50,122 nucleotides of DNA from Acidobacteriota bacterium (GTDB lineage: Bacteria > Acidobacteriota > Blastocatellia > Pyrinomonadales > Pyrinomonadaceae), in contig JANPDZ010000466.1 of assembly GCA_031431735.1 (NCBI GenBank), positions 1 to 50,122 on the forward strand, given 5' to 3'. Shown here piece after piece: positions 1 to 7,965 of this stretch. The notes beneath the pieces were generated by a model. That model was not told the DNA's origin. It did not search any database and was given only the letters and a program-made list of their open reading frames with translations. Position 1 is the first letter of the stretch; each line of letters opens with the position of its first letter. The translations under genes were made by a program, and so were the position numbers.

Positions 1-146
1 AATTGGACGATAACAACGCCAACGTTGCCGGCATATATTGTGGTATCAATTACGGATTCCACACAATCTTGCCATCAAAAATACTCTTCTCCAGTGATTT
101 GGCGAAGGTTTTGATAAAAAGTCACACTTTTAATTACACCCGGTAA
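1..146 (+). CDS. 3' end of unidentified CDS entering from upstream (partial)
   Basis: Frame 3 open from window edge to TAA 144-146 (..GIYCGINYGFHTILPSKILFSSDLAKVLIKSHTFNYTR*); no family motif recognised. Confidence 0.25.
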   Translation, partial: LDDNNANVAGIYCGINYGFHTILPSKILFSSDLAKVLIKSHTFNYTR

Positions 147-281
147 TGCGTCAGTAAAAAGTTAGATCTGCCCACGAAACACACGAAAAGCACGAAAAAA
201 AATCAACTTTTGTTTTTTTTAGTTTATTTCGTGTGTTTCGTGGGCAATAAATCTTTCTTTAACTTTTAACTGAGGCATCAC
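143..281. mobile_element. MITE-like nested palindrome with GTAATGC.TCAGTAAAAAG-type termini
   Basis: Outer inverted repeat GTAATGCGTCAGTAAAAAGTTAG (143-165) / CTTTAACTTTTAACTGAGGCATCAC (257-281); inner inverted repeat TGCCCACGAAACACACGAAA (169-190) / TTTCGTGTGTTTCGTGGGCA (227-246); same termini at 5946-6176 and 43288-43336. Confidence 0.5.
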
Positions 282-316
282 AAATGCCGCTGACAAATTG
301 TCGTTGCTGCAACGGC

Positions 317-1633
317 TTATTTCGTTATCAAATTTTTATAAACTTCACCGCCTTTCATCACAAATTGAACATTTTCAAAAACCTTTACGTCTTGCAAAGG
401 GTCATTTGTGACCGCGATGATGTCGGCATATTTGCCGGCAGAGATCGAACCGACCTTATCGCTCCAACCTAACAAATCCGCGCCGTTGACGGTTGCCGCC
501 TGAATCGCTTGCATCGGTGTCAAACCGAATTTGACCATATAGAAAAACTGTTTGCCGTTCCAGCCGTGAGGATAAACGCCGGCGTCGGTACCGTAGGTTG
601 CCTTGACGCCCGCCGTCACCGCTTTTTGAAAATTCTCGCGCTGAAGTCTGCCGACCAGCTTTTCTTTATTGATGATTATTTCGGGATAGCCGAGTTTTGA
701 ATATTCGGCGAGAATGTAATCGTCGTTGTAAATATCGGCGGAAAGATATGTTCCGCGTTCCTTCATCATTTGAATGCCTTCAGCGTCAATCAGGCTCCCG
801 TGTTCGATTGACGCAACGCCCGCTTTGATCGCCATCTTGATCGCTTCCGTGCCGTGGGCGTGAGCGCACGCCTTGATACCGTGAAGGCGCGCTTCGTCAA
901 CGATCGCGTTCATCTCTTCCTGCGTAAATTGCGGCGCGCCAACGCTTGCTTCTTCCGATAAAACGCCCGCGCTCGCGCCGAATTTGATGACATCCGCGCC
1001 GTATTTTATTAAATAACGAACCTTTTTCCGCAACGCATCCGGACCATCGGCGACGCCCGACATTTCTTCTGGCATCCGCGAACTGAGCCACGGTGAAAAA
1101 CCGTTCAGATCGCCGTGACTGCCCGTTGAACCGATGTAATAGGTGGCGACCTGCATTCTTGGTCCCGGAATTTTTCCGCCGTTGATAGCGTTTCGCAGTG
1201 CGACCGCAACAAAGCCTTCCGAACCGACATCGCGAACGGTCGTAAAACCCGCATCGAGGGTGCGGCGTGCGTAAATATGACAAGTGATCGCGCCGTCAAC
1301 AAACGATTTACGGAAAATATCGTCATAATACCCGCCACTGTCGCTCGGGTCGCCCGTCAGATGAACGTGCGTGTCAATCAAACCCGGCACGACGGTCGCG
1401 TTTGAAAGGTCTATGACCTTCGCGCCGGCCGGAATCTGCAAATTTGCACCGACCGCTTTGATCAGATCGTTTTCGATCAGGATCATCTGATTGGTCAAAA
1501 TCTTGCCGGTTTGCGTATCAATCAATTTTCCCGCCTTGATCACCGTCACCGAAACGTTTTGCGCGTTAGCAAACAAAACCGAACTCAAAAATAAAACTGT
1601 CCACAAAAGCCCAAAAATAATAATTTTTCGCAT
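317..1633 (-). CDS. secreted metal-dependent amidohydrolase (amidohydrolase superfamily, COG1228-like)
   Basis: Signal-peptide-like N-terminus MRKIIIFGLLWTVLFLSSVLFANAQ; HxH metal motif in PGLIDTHVHL; AHAHG, IEHGS, YGTDAGV motifs; ATG at 1633 preferred over TTG at 1663. Confidence 0.8.
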   Translation of the reverse strand: MRKIIIFGLLWTVLFLSSVLFANAQNVSVTVIKAGKLIDTQTGKILTNQMILIENDLIKAVGANLQIPAGAKVIDLSNATVVPGLIDTHVHLTGDPSDSGGYYDDIFRKSFVDGAITCHIYARRTLDAGFTTVRDVGSEGFVAVALRNAINGGKIPGPRMQVATYYIGSTGSHGDLNGFSPWLSSRMPEEMSGVADGPDALRKKVRYLIKYGADVIKFGASAGVLSEEASVGAPQFTQEEMNAIVDEARLHGIKACAHAHGTEAIKMAIKAGVASIEHGSLIDAEGIQMMKERGTYLSADIYNDDYILAEYSKLGYPEIIINKEKLVGRLQRENFQKAVTAGVKATYGTDAGVYPHGWNGKQFFYMVKFGLTPMQAIQAATVNGADLLGWSDKVGSISAGKYADIIAVTNDPLQDVKVFENVQFVMKGGEVYKNLITK

Positions 1634-1832
1634 TTTTCCGAATCTCACTTTAGTTTTTTGCAAATTGCTTAAAGAAATAGTTCTCTAAACATAAAGGCAA
1701 AAGGCAACCGCGTCAAATAAATCAAGTAAGCACTTGGATTTTAGGATAAACTTTTGTTTGTGTATTTGTTAAGATAAAGGCATAAAAGTTGCCTTTTGAT
1801 TTTTGTCGAAAAGGCGTTTTGGGAGTTTTTTT

Positions 1833-2462
1833 ATGATAACAACAACGACAAATAAAGGTTCGACCATTTTTGTTTATCGGTCTGAGCCGTTTGAATTTGC
1901 TTTGGGTTCGCTTCTCAAGCCGATAGATGACGATGAGTTTTTGAAACTCAGCCGAAACAATCAAGGTGTGCAAATCGAAATGACAAAGGATGGAGATTTA
2001 ATTATTATGCCCGGAACAGGCGGATTAACAGGGAGAAAAAATTCAAGAATTATTAGAAGACTTGACGAATGGGCGGAAAAAGACGCAAGCGGCGTAACTT
2101 TTGATTCCGACACGATTTTTTGTCTGCCAAACGGAGCAAAAAAGATTCCCGACGCATCCTGGGTAAGCAATGAAAAATGGAACGCGCTTTCAAAAGAAGA
2201 ACAAGACAAAATTGTCCCTTTCGCGCCGGATTTTGCCATCGAACTTCGTTCACGCACCGATTCGCTCAAAGATTTACAAGAAAAAATGCAGGAATACATC
2301 GAAAACGGCGTGTCTTTAGGTTGGCTGATTGATGCGAGCAATCACAAAGTTTATGTTTATCGTCAAGGCGCGGAAGTCGAAACGCTGGAAAATCCAACTG
2401 AAATTTCGGGCGAACCGCTTCTTCAAGGCTTTACGCTTAATTTGAAAGAGATTTGGGAATAA
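1833..2462 (+). CDS. Uma2-family (DUF820) PD-(D/E)xK putative endonuclease
   Basis: Core PDFAIELRS..D, C-terminal GVSLGWLID..KVYVY; close paralog of 3239..3874 and 9142..9777; ATG 1833 preferred over TTG 1803. Confidence 0.75.
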   Translation: MITTTTNKGSTIFVYRSEPFEFALGSLLKPIDDDEFLKLSRNNQGVQIEMTKDGDLIIMPGTGGLTGRKNSRIIRRLDEWAEKDASGVTFDSDTIFCLPNGAKKIPDASWVSNEKWNALSKEEQDKIVPFAPDFAIELRSRTDSLKDLQEKMQEYIENGVSLGWLIDASNHKVYVYRQGAEVETLENPTEISGEPLLQGFTLNLKEIWE

Positions 2463-2465
2463 TTT

Positions 2466-3194
2466 ATGAGAATTCCAACCCTGCAAGGCATTATCAAACG
2501 AAGACTTCTGGTAAATTTCCGCGCCGATGCCGAAAATATTCAAAAGATTCTGCCAAAAGAATTTCGTCCGAAATTACAAAAAGGCAAAGCGATTGCCGGA
2601 ATTTGTCTGATTCGGCTTGAACAGATGCGACCGAAATTTACGCCGGAATTTCTCGGGCTTTCGAGCGAAAACGCCGCGCACCGGATCGCCGTTTTGTGGG
2701 AAGACGATTCGGGCGAAACGCGCGAAGGAGTTTATATTCCGCGCCGCGACACCGATTCATTTATCAATGCGACGATCGGCGGAACGCTTTTTCCCGGCAA
2801 ACAGAATCGGGCTGATTTTACGGTCGAACGCGAGAAAAATGAGATTGATTTTGCGATGGAGTCGAAAGATAAAAAAGTTGCCGTCGCACTAAAAGGAAGA
2901 ATTACGGACACGTTGCCCGAAACTTCCATTTTTTCTTCGCTTGCTGAATCATCGAAGTTTTTTGAACCCGGATCACTCGGGTTTTCGGTCACAAACGACG
3001 TCAACTATCTGGACGGCATCTCTTTAGAAACAAAGAGTTGGAAAGTTGACGCGCTCGAAATTGATTATGTTCATTCGAGTTTTTACGATGACGCGAGCAT
3101 TTTCCCGAAGGGCGCGATCGAATTCGATCACGCGCTGATTATGCAAAACATCGCGCACGAATGGCACAGTGCGCCGCCGTTTGAGTTACGGTAA
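2466..3194 (+). CDS. hypothetical protein, possibly DUF2071-like (acetoacetate decarboxylase-like fold)
   Basis: 242-aa ORF starting 3 nt after preceding stop; N-terminal pattern LLVNFRADAENIQKILPKEF..GKAIAGICLIRLEQMRP resembles DUF2071; family call is weak. Confidence 0.45.
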   Translation: MRIPTLQGIIKRRLLVNFRADAENIQKILPKEFRPKLQKGKAIAGICLIRLEQMRPKFTPEFLGLSSENAAHRIAVLWEDDSGETREGVYIPRRDTDSFINATIGGTLFPGKQNRADFTVEREKNEIDFAMESKDKKVAVALKGRITDTLPETSIFSSLAESSKFFEPGSLGFSVTNDVNYLDGISLETKSWKVDALEIDYVHSSFYDDASIFPKGAIEFDHALIMQNIAHEWHSAPPFELR

Positions 3195-3238
3195 TATAAT
3201 TCAGATTTCCTTGGTAAAATGTTTTGAGAGGTAATTTT

Positions 3239-3874
3239 ATGAGTTCGATTACGGTTGACACCAGACTTATCGGCGGAATGTTTAGAGAATATACTCCGAA
3301 ACTGCGTTTGGATTTCGGCAATAAAGCGAAGAAGCTCAGCGATGATGATTTTTTTGAATTTTGTCGTGAAAACGCTGATGCGCGGATCGAAATGGATGCA
3401 AACGGAGATATTGAAATTATGCCGCCGACAGGAAGCGAAACGGGAATTAAAAACTTTAAATTAACGACGAAGTTTGGCGTTTGGGTGGAAAAAGACGGAA
3501 GCGGCGAAGGCTTCGATTCTTCAACCGGATTCACCTTACCGAGCGGTGCCAAGCGGTCGCCTGATTTGTCGTGGATAAAATTGGAAAAATGGAATGCGAT
3601 TCCGAAAGCCAAACGCAAGAAATTTGCGCCCGTCTGTCCCGATTTCGTCGTCGAACTTCGTTCCGAAACCGATTCGCTCGAAAAATTGCAGGAAAAAATG
3701 AAGGAATACATCGAAAACGGCGCGTCTTTGGGCTGGCTGATTGATGCCGGAAAACGCAAAGTTTACGTTTATCGTCCTGAAAAGGAAGTTGAAATTATGA
3801 GGAATCCGACCGAAATTTCCGGCGAACCGCTTCTTAAAGGATTCGTGCTGAATTTGAAAGAGATTTGGGAGTAG
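3239..3874 (+). CDS. Uma2-family (DUF820) putative endonuclease
   Basis: PDFVVELRSETDSL, GASLGWLID..KVYVY; same architecture as 1833..2462; ATG 3239. Confidence 0.75.
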   Translation: MSSITVDTRLIGGMFREYTPKLRLDFGNKAKKLSDDDFFEFCRENADARIEMDANGDIEIMPPTGSETGIKNFKLTTKFGVWVEKDGSGEGFDSSTGFTLPSGAKRSPDLSWIKLEKWNAIPKAKRKKFAPVCPDFVVELRSETDSLEKLQEKMKEYIENGASLGWLIDAGKRKVYVYRPEKEVEIMRNPTEISGEPLLKGFVLNLKEIWE

Positions 3875-3883
3875 AAAAAAGCT

Positions 3884-4156
3884 ATGCAAGTTACAGTTGA
3901 ACAAATAGAAAATGGAGTCAAACAGCTTTCACGGGAAGATCTGCGGAAAGTTCAAGAATTAGTGGATTCACTTTTGAAAACAGAAGAAACGAAACCGAAA
4001 ATGAGCGAAGAAGAATTTTTGAAAGAACTTGAAGCAGAAGGTTTTATCGGTAAAGTTCCGCCGCCGATCACTGATTTTTCGCGTTACGATAACTACAAAC
4101 CCGTCACCGTCACAGGCGAACCGATTTCGGAAATGATAATCAGGGAGCGACGCTAA
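3884..4156 (+). CDS. putative antitoxin of PIN toxin (unclassified family)
   Basis: 90-aa acidic ORF; its stop abuts the toxin start (TAA-ATG at 4154-4159); frameshifted paralog at 6771..7042. Confidence 0.55.
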   Translation: MQVTVEQIENGVKQLSREDLRKVQELVDSLLKTEETKPKMSEEEFLKELEAEGFIGKVPPPITDFSRYDNYKPVTVTGEPISEMIIRERR

Positions 4157-4618
4157 ATGGCGACTTATTTTTGCGATACAAGTGCGTTGGCAAAACGCTA
4201 TGTGACCGAAACGGGTTTGGCTTGGCTGATGGCAACGATTGACCCGAAAGTCGGCAATTATGTTTTTATCGCTCGAATTACGTTTGTCGAAGTCTTTTCA
4301 GCAATTTCGCGCAAAGAACGCGGCGGACATATTTCCGCAATCGATGCGGCAACTGCAAAAAAGCAATTTGAAACAGATTATTCAGGCGAGTTTGTCAGCG
4401 TCGAGATTACGGAAACATTAATTCTCGAAGCCGCAAGACTTGCCGAAAAACACGCTTTGCGCGGCTATGATGCCGTTCAACTGGCGGCGACGTTGGAAAC
4501 TCAAGCCAAACGTGCAGTCCGAAAATTGCCGCCTTTAACTTTGCTTTCCGCCGACACAGATTTAAACGCGGCGGCGGTCAGCGAAGGTTTGACGGTTGAT
4601 AATCCGAATAATCATTAG
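4157..4618 (+). CDS. PIN-domain ribonuclease toxin (VapC-like)
   Basis: N-terminal YFCDTSALAKRY (first acidic residue), later GYDAVQLA and SADTDL motifs typical of PIN domains; coupled to upstream small ORF. Confidence 0.7.
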   Translation: MATYFCDTSALAKRYVTETGLAWLMATIDPKVGNYVFIARITFVEVFSAISRKERGGHISAIDAATAKKQFETDYSGEFVSVEITETLILEAARLAEKHALRGYDAVQLAATLETQAKRAVRKLPPLTLLSADTDLNAAAVSEGLTVDNPNNH

Positions 4619-4642
4619 TCAGAAAAGGTTTGGGATTAGTTT

Positions 4643-5227
4643 ATGAAATCAGCAAGAATTTTCATTGTTTTTACTTTTCTTTTGGCATTCGTTGTTTGCG
4701 TTTCAGCGCAAGCTAATCCTTATCCAAATGAATTAAGAGGTTATGAGTTTTTTGGAAAAGGAAAATTAAAAGACTTAAAACTTGGAGTTTCGACAAAAGA
4801 AGATACTAAAAGGATTTTTGGACAAGACTGCGAATATGTTTGTCAATATGATGAAAACTGGTTTGTTAATTTTGATTTCATTGATGAGAACACAACAAAA
4901 GAAATAGGCGGCAAGAAATTTATCCCAAAGAAAGAATTTATTGGAACACTTTATTCAATAACCTTACAACCTAAGAAGAATATTTCTTTTCAAAAGATTA
5001 AATTTTCTAAGTCATTTGCTTTGGGTAATGGTGGCGGTTCAGCTTCTGGTAGTGAAACGGACGAAGGTTCTTGGTATGAGAGTAAAGTCTACGAAGATTC
5101 AAGCGGATTAATTTATGATATTTGCAAAAAGAGTTTTCCAGATAAATGTAAAAAAGGCGAACTGTTAGCAATCGAATACACGCTTCCAAAGAAATCCGAA
5201 GCTAAATTATTCACTTTACAAAAATAA
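4643..5227 (+). CDS. hypothetical secreted protein
   Basis: Signal peptide MKSARIFIVFTFLLAFVVCVSAQA; visibly A+T-rich relative to neighbours; no motif recognised. Confidence 0.5.
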   Translation: MKSARIFIVFTFLLAFVVCVSAQANPYPNELRGYEFFGKGKLKDLKLGVSTKEDTKRIFGQDCEYVCQYDENWFVNFDFIDENTTKEIGGKKFIPKKEFIGTLYSITLQPKKNISFQKIKFSKSFALGNGGGSASGSETDEGSWYESKVYEDSSGLIYDICKKSFPDKCKKGELLAIEYTLPKKSEAKLFTLQK

Positions 5228-5228
5228 A

Positions 5229-5295
5229 TTTATGCAATTTTCATTTGATACAAACTTAAACAGAATCGCCGCAAAGATTGAAGCAAATGAGCGTT
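5229..5295 (+). repeat. relic copy 1 of the 5' end of the radical-SAM gene at 7966
   Basis: TTTATGCAATTTTCATTTGATACAAACTTAAACAGAATCGCCG identical to 7963-8005; encodes [23 protein letters not shown] versus [24 protein letters not shown]. Confidence 0.85.
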
Positions 5296-5634
5296 TTATT
5301 TGAAATCTTCTTCAACTTCTGCGATCAGATATTTTAGTTCTTCATCAGTGATGTTTTCGGTTTCGGCTTTGTCGTAAATTGAGAGCAGATAAACGGTTTG
5401 GGCTATTTGATAAAAATAGGAAATAACACGCGCACCGCCGCTTTTGCCTTTGTTTTTGCTTGAGATTGCGAGGCGGATTTTATAGACGTTTGCGCCGAGC
5501 GATGTTCCGAGCGCGGCGTTTTCTTTTAGTTGGTCAACGAGGTTTTGTAAATCGTTCGGGAAAGATTTGTAGCGTTTGGCGAAACGTTTCGCTTGTTTTT
5601 GAAAAGTTTGGCGGACAATGATTTTATTGCTCAT
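5296..5634 (-). CDS. RelE/ParE-superfamily toxin (DUF1044-like)
   Basis: KGKSGGARVISYFYQ..VYLLSIYDKAETENITDEEL is the characteristic core of this toxin group; overlaps upstream small ORF by 11 nt. Confidence 0.65.
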   Translation of the reverse strand: MSNKIIVRQTFQKQAKRFAKRYKSFPNDLQNLVDQLKENAALGTSLGANVYKIRLAISSKNKGKSGGARVISYFYQIAQTVYLLSIYDKAETENITDEELKYLIAEVEEDFK

Positions 5635-5860
5635 CTTTTAATTTGGCAATGAAATCATCGGCGGAAAGATTGCGGTTTGCGTCCGCATTTTCATTTTGCA
5701 AATCTTTTTTGAGATTGGTCAGCGATTTTTTGAAATCGGTTAGAATGTCTGCTTTATTCACACGCTTTTTAAGCCGCAACAGTTCGTTCTGCAACTTTTC
5801 CCAATATTGGATTGGCACGATAACTGCGTCTTGGTCTTTTAGATATTGAATGTTTTGCAT
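5624..5860 (-). CDS. putative antitoxin of the RelE-like toxin
   Basis: 78-aa ORF from internal ATG (MQNIQYLKDQDAVIVPIQYWEKLQNEL), overlapping toxin start; position and size only. Confidence 0.5.
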   Translation of the reverse strand: MQNIQYLKDQDAVIVPIQYWEKLQNELLRLKKRVNKADILTDFKKSLTNLKKDLQNENADANRNLSADDFIAKLKDEQ

Positions 5861-5885
5861 AATTAATTTCGGCTGAATATTCACA

Positions 5886-6245
5886 AAATTTGATAGAATT
5901 ATAACAAAAATATGCAATTTTCACACGATAAAAATTTGAATTTGAGTAATGTTTCAGTTAATTCGAAACCACTACCAGAGGTAGTGGCTTACTCTTAGTA
6001 AAAAGTTTTAGCGACTGGAGCGCAAGCGTCCCCGCTTGCCATGAGCGTTGCTTCGACGCGAAAAAGCTTTGTTAAATTCGACGATAATAGGCTCGCGAAC
6101 GTCATTTTCGCGCTTTCGCGCTCAGGCAAGCGGGGACGCTTGCGCTCCAGTCATAACTTTTTACTGAGGCATTACTAATTTGATTTCGGAAAAAGTCGAA
6201 GGACGCGAGCGTTTGACTTTTAATGATGGAATATCACTTTCGCAA
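5886..6245 (+). pseudogene. relic copy 2 of a divergent mqn-type gene 5' end, split by a MITE
   Basis: ATG 5912 MQFSHDKNLNL, then element 5946-6176, then ISEKVEGRERLTFNDGISL; joined reading aligns with [30 protein letters not shown] of the gene at 7966. Confidence 0.75.
5946..6176. mobile_element. MITE-like nested palindrome inserted in relic copy 2
   Basis: Termini GTAATGTTTCAGTTAA / AACTTTTTACTGAGGCATTAC; inner 28-bp arms GACTGGAGCGCAAGCGTCCCCGCTTGCC / GGCAAGCGGGGACGCTTGCGCTCCAGTC; flanked by AATTTGA (5939-5945 and 6177-6183); removal restores the relic reading frame. Confidence 0.65.
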
Positions 6246-6413
6246 CAGACTTGTTTCGCTAACCGATTTGTTTTTCGGCAATCCGACTTTTGCTAAAACT
6301 TCATTCGCTTTGGCGAGTTTTTCGGGAAACAGATTTTTTCCGCGCAATTTTTCCAACGACTTATCAACTCTCACAATCGGCGTTTTACTCTTGTTTAGTT
6401 GTTCTATTTTCAT
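6234..6413 (-). CDS. small hypothetical protein (59 aa, below ORF-track cutoff)
   Basis: Hand translation: MKIEQLNKSKTPIVRVDKSLEKLRGKNLFPEKLAKANEVLAKVGLPKNKSVSETSLLRK*; its ATG overlaps the stop of an upstream small frame (ATGA). Confidence 0.35.
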   Translation of the reverse strand: MKIEQLNKSKTPIVRVDKSLEKLRGKNLFPEKLAKANEVLAKVGLPKNKSVSETSLLRK

Positions 6414-6570
6414 ACAAGTTTGTTCTCCGTGTTACCCAAAAAGGCTTCGTAGTCTTTTCCCTTTTCAAATTCATACCAAACATTTTCTTTCAGCCCAAAG
6501 ACTTCAAAATCCCCTGAAATTTCTTCGAGATTAAGCCTTCGGTTGCATATTCATATCTTGGCAGTTTCAT
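6410..6570 (-). pseudogene. small ORF upstream of 6234..6413, apparently frameshifted
   Basis: ATG at 6570 gives MKLPRYEYATEG.. and stops early; an adjacent frame continues ..LNLEEISGDFEVFGLKENVWYEFEKGKDYEAFLGNTENKLV* ending in ATGA overlap. Confidence 0.2.
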
Positions 6571-6685
6571 CTATTTCTTTCGGCAACACTCGCCTTTAGC
6601 TCTCAAATTCGCCGCAATGGAAATTATACGCCGAATTTTTCTAAATTAAAATCATTCGGAAATTGGAGTGTGAATAAAGCCGGAT

Positions 6686-6765
6686 ATTTGATAAAATTAG
6701 AAACAGAATATATGCAATTTTCACACGATACAAACTTAAACAAAATCGCCGAAAAGGTTAGGTAA
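6686..6765 (+). repeat. relic copy 3 of a divergent mqn-type gene 5' end
   Basis: ATG 6712 MQFSHDTNLNKIAEKVR*; shares the CACACG variant and ~26 nt of upstream sequence (ATTTGATA.AATTA..) with copy 2. Confidence 0.8.
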
Positions 6766-6770
6766 AATTT

Positions 6771-7042
6771 ATGCAAGCAGTTTTAGAAAATATTGAAAAA
6801 GAAGTGCAAAGTCTTTCAGCTACAGAACTTGCGAAGGTCAAAGAATTGGTTGATTCTTTGTTGGAAAAGAAAGAAGCGAAACCAACAATGACCGAAGAAG
6901 AGTTTGAGCAGCATCTTTACGAAAAAGGAATATCACCGAAGTTAAACCACCGATAACGGATTTTTCGCGCTATAACGATTACAAACCGATAACCGTGACA
7001 GGTGAACCGATTTCGGAAATGATAATCAGGGAGCGACGATAA
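6771..7042 (+). pseudogene. frameshifted paralog of the antitoxin at 3884..4156
   Basis: MQAVLENIEKEVQSLSATELAKVKELVDSLL.. parallels 3884 product; frame breaks near 6930-6942; other frame continues VKPPITDFSRYNDYKPITVTGEPISEMIIRERR*; last 35 nt identical to 4119-4153. Confidence 0.6.
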
Positions 7043-7231
7043 GTGAAAGTTCGTGAACTAATAAAATTGATTGAAAAAGATGGTTGGCATTTGGTCAGAA
7101 CAAAAGGCAGTCATCGCCAATTTCATCATCTAAGAAAAAGCGGCACGGTGACGATTGCCGGAAAAGAAAGCGTTGAGGTTCCGGCGGGAACGGCGAACAG
7201 CATTTTGAAACAAGCGGGATTGAAAAAATAG
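7043..7231 (+). CDS. hicA: HicA mRNA-interferase toxin
   Basis: GTG start directly after TAA; MKVRELIKLIEKDGWHLVRTKGSHRQFHH is the canonical HicA N-terminus. Confidence 0.8.
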   Translation: MKVRELIKLIEKDGWHLVRTKGSHRQFHHLRKSGTVTIAGKESVEVPAGTANSILKQAGLKK

Positions 7232-7243
7232 CGAGGTAAAATT

Positions 7244-7459
7244 ATGCGGTATATGATTGTTATTGAAGAGGGCGAAACGAGTTTTGGTGCGTATGTGCCG
7301 GATTTACCGGGTTGCATCGCGGTTGGCGAGTCGGAAACAGAAGTCAAACAATTAATTCAGGAAGCAATCGAATTTCATCTTGAAGATTTGCACGAATCGG
7401 GCGCGGAAATTCCGAAGCCTTTGTCGAAAAGCGAATATGTCGAAGTTTTAGCCGTGTGA
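7244..7459 (+). CDS. hicB: HicB-family antitoxin
   Basis: MRYMIVIEEGETSFGAYVPDLPGCIAVGESETEV..AIEFHLE matches the HicB N-terminal domain; immediately downstream of hicA. Confidence 0.75.
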   Translation: MRYMIVIEEGETSFGAYVPDLPGCIAVGESETEVKQLIQEAIEFHLEDLHESGAEIPKPLSKSEYVEVLAV

Positions 7460-7513
7460 TCTAAAGTTAAATGTAGGAAATAGAATAGATTAGAACAAGA
7501 GCGTAAATGATTT

Positions 7514-7852
7514 ATGAATAACCAGACGAAATGTTATTTATGCGGAAATGTTATCAAAGCCAACTTTGGTAATTCTACAGCATGTGATAACTGCTTCAAA
7601 AGCCTTGAAGCTGGAACCTACAAATCTATTCAAAGAGATACGCCAAAACCTAAAGAAAATAATTCTAACATTACAACAACTTCGACTAATCGTAAATTCT
7701 CAAAGTTGTTTTTTGAATACATAGGAACCGTAGGCGGACTATTGACTATCTTACTTGCCGCCTATAATTTTTATTATGTCACTAAACGACGGAAAGAGTT
7801 TAAAAGATTCTTTTATATTTGCGGCGATTATATTTGGGTTTCTTGTTTTTAG
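7514..7852 (+). CDS. hypothetical zinc-ribbon membrane protein
   Basis: CYLCG..CDNC Cys pairs at N-terminus, one predicted TM helix (VGGLLTILLAAYNFYYV); A+T-rich. Confidence 0.4.
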   Translation: MNNQTKCYLCGNVIKANFGNSTACDNCFKSLEAGTYKSIQRDTPKPKENNSNITTTSTNRKFSKLFFEYIGTVGGLLTILLAAYNFYYVTKRRKEFKRFFYICGDYIWVSCF

Positions 7853-7965
7853 GATGATTTTAGCTTGGTTAAGATACAAATAAGTTTAAACCTTTACGAA
7901 ATAAATAAAAATCGTGGACTAAATCATACGAGGAAATTTTAGGGCAAAGTTTAAAGAACAGATTT

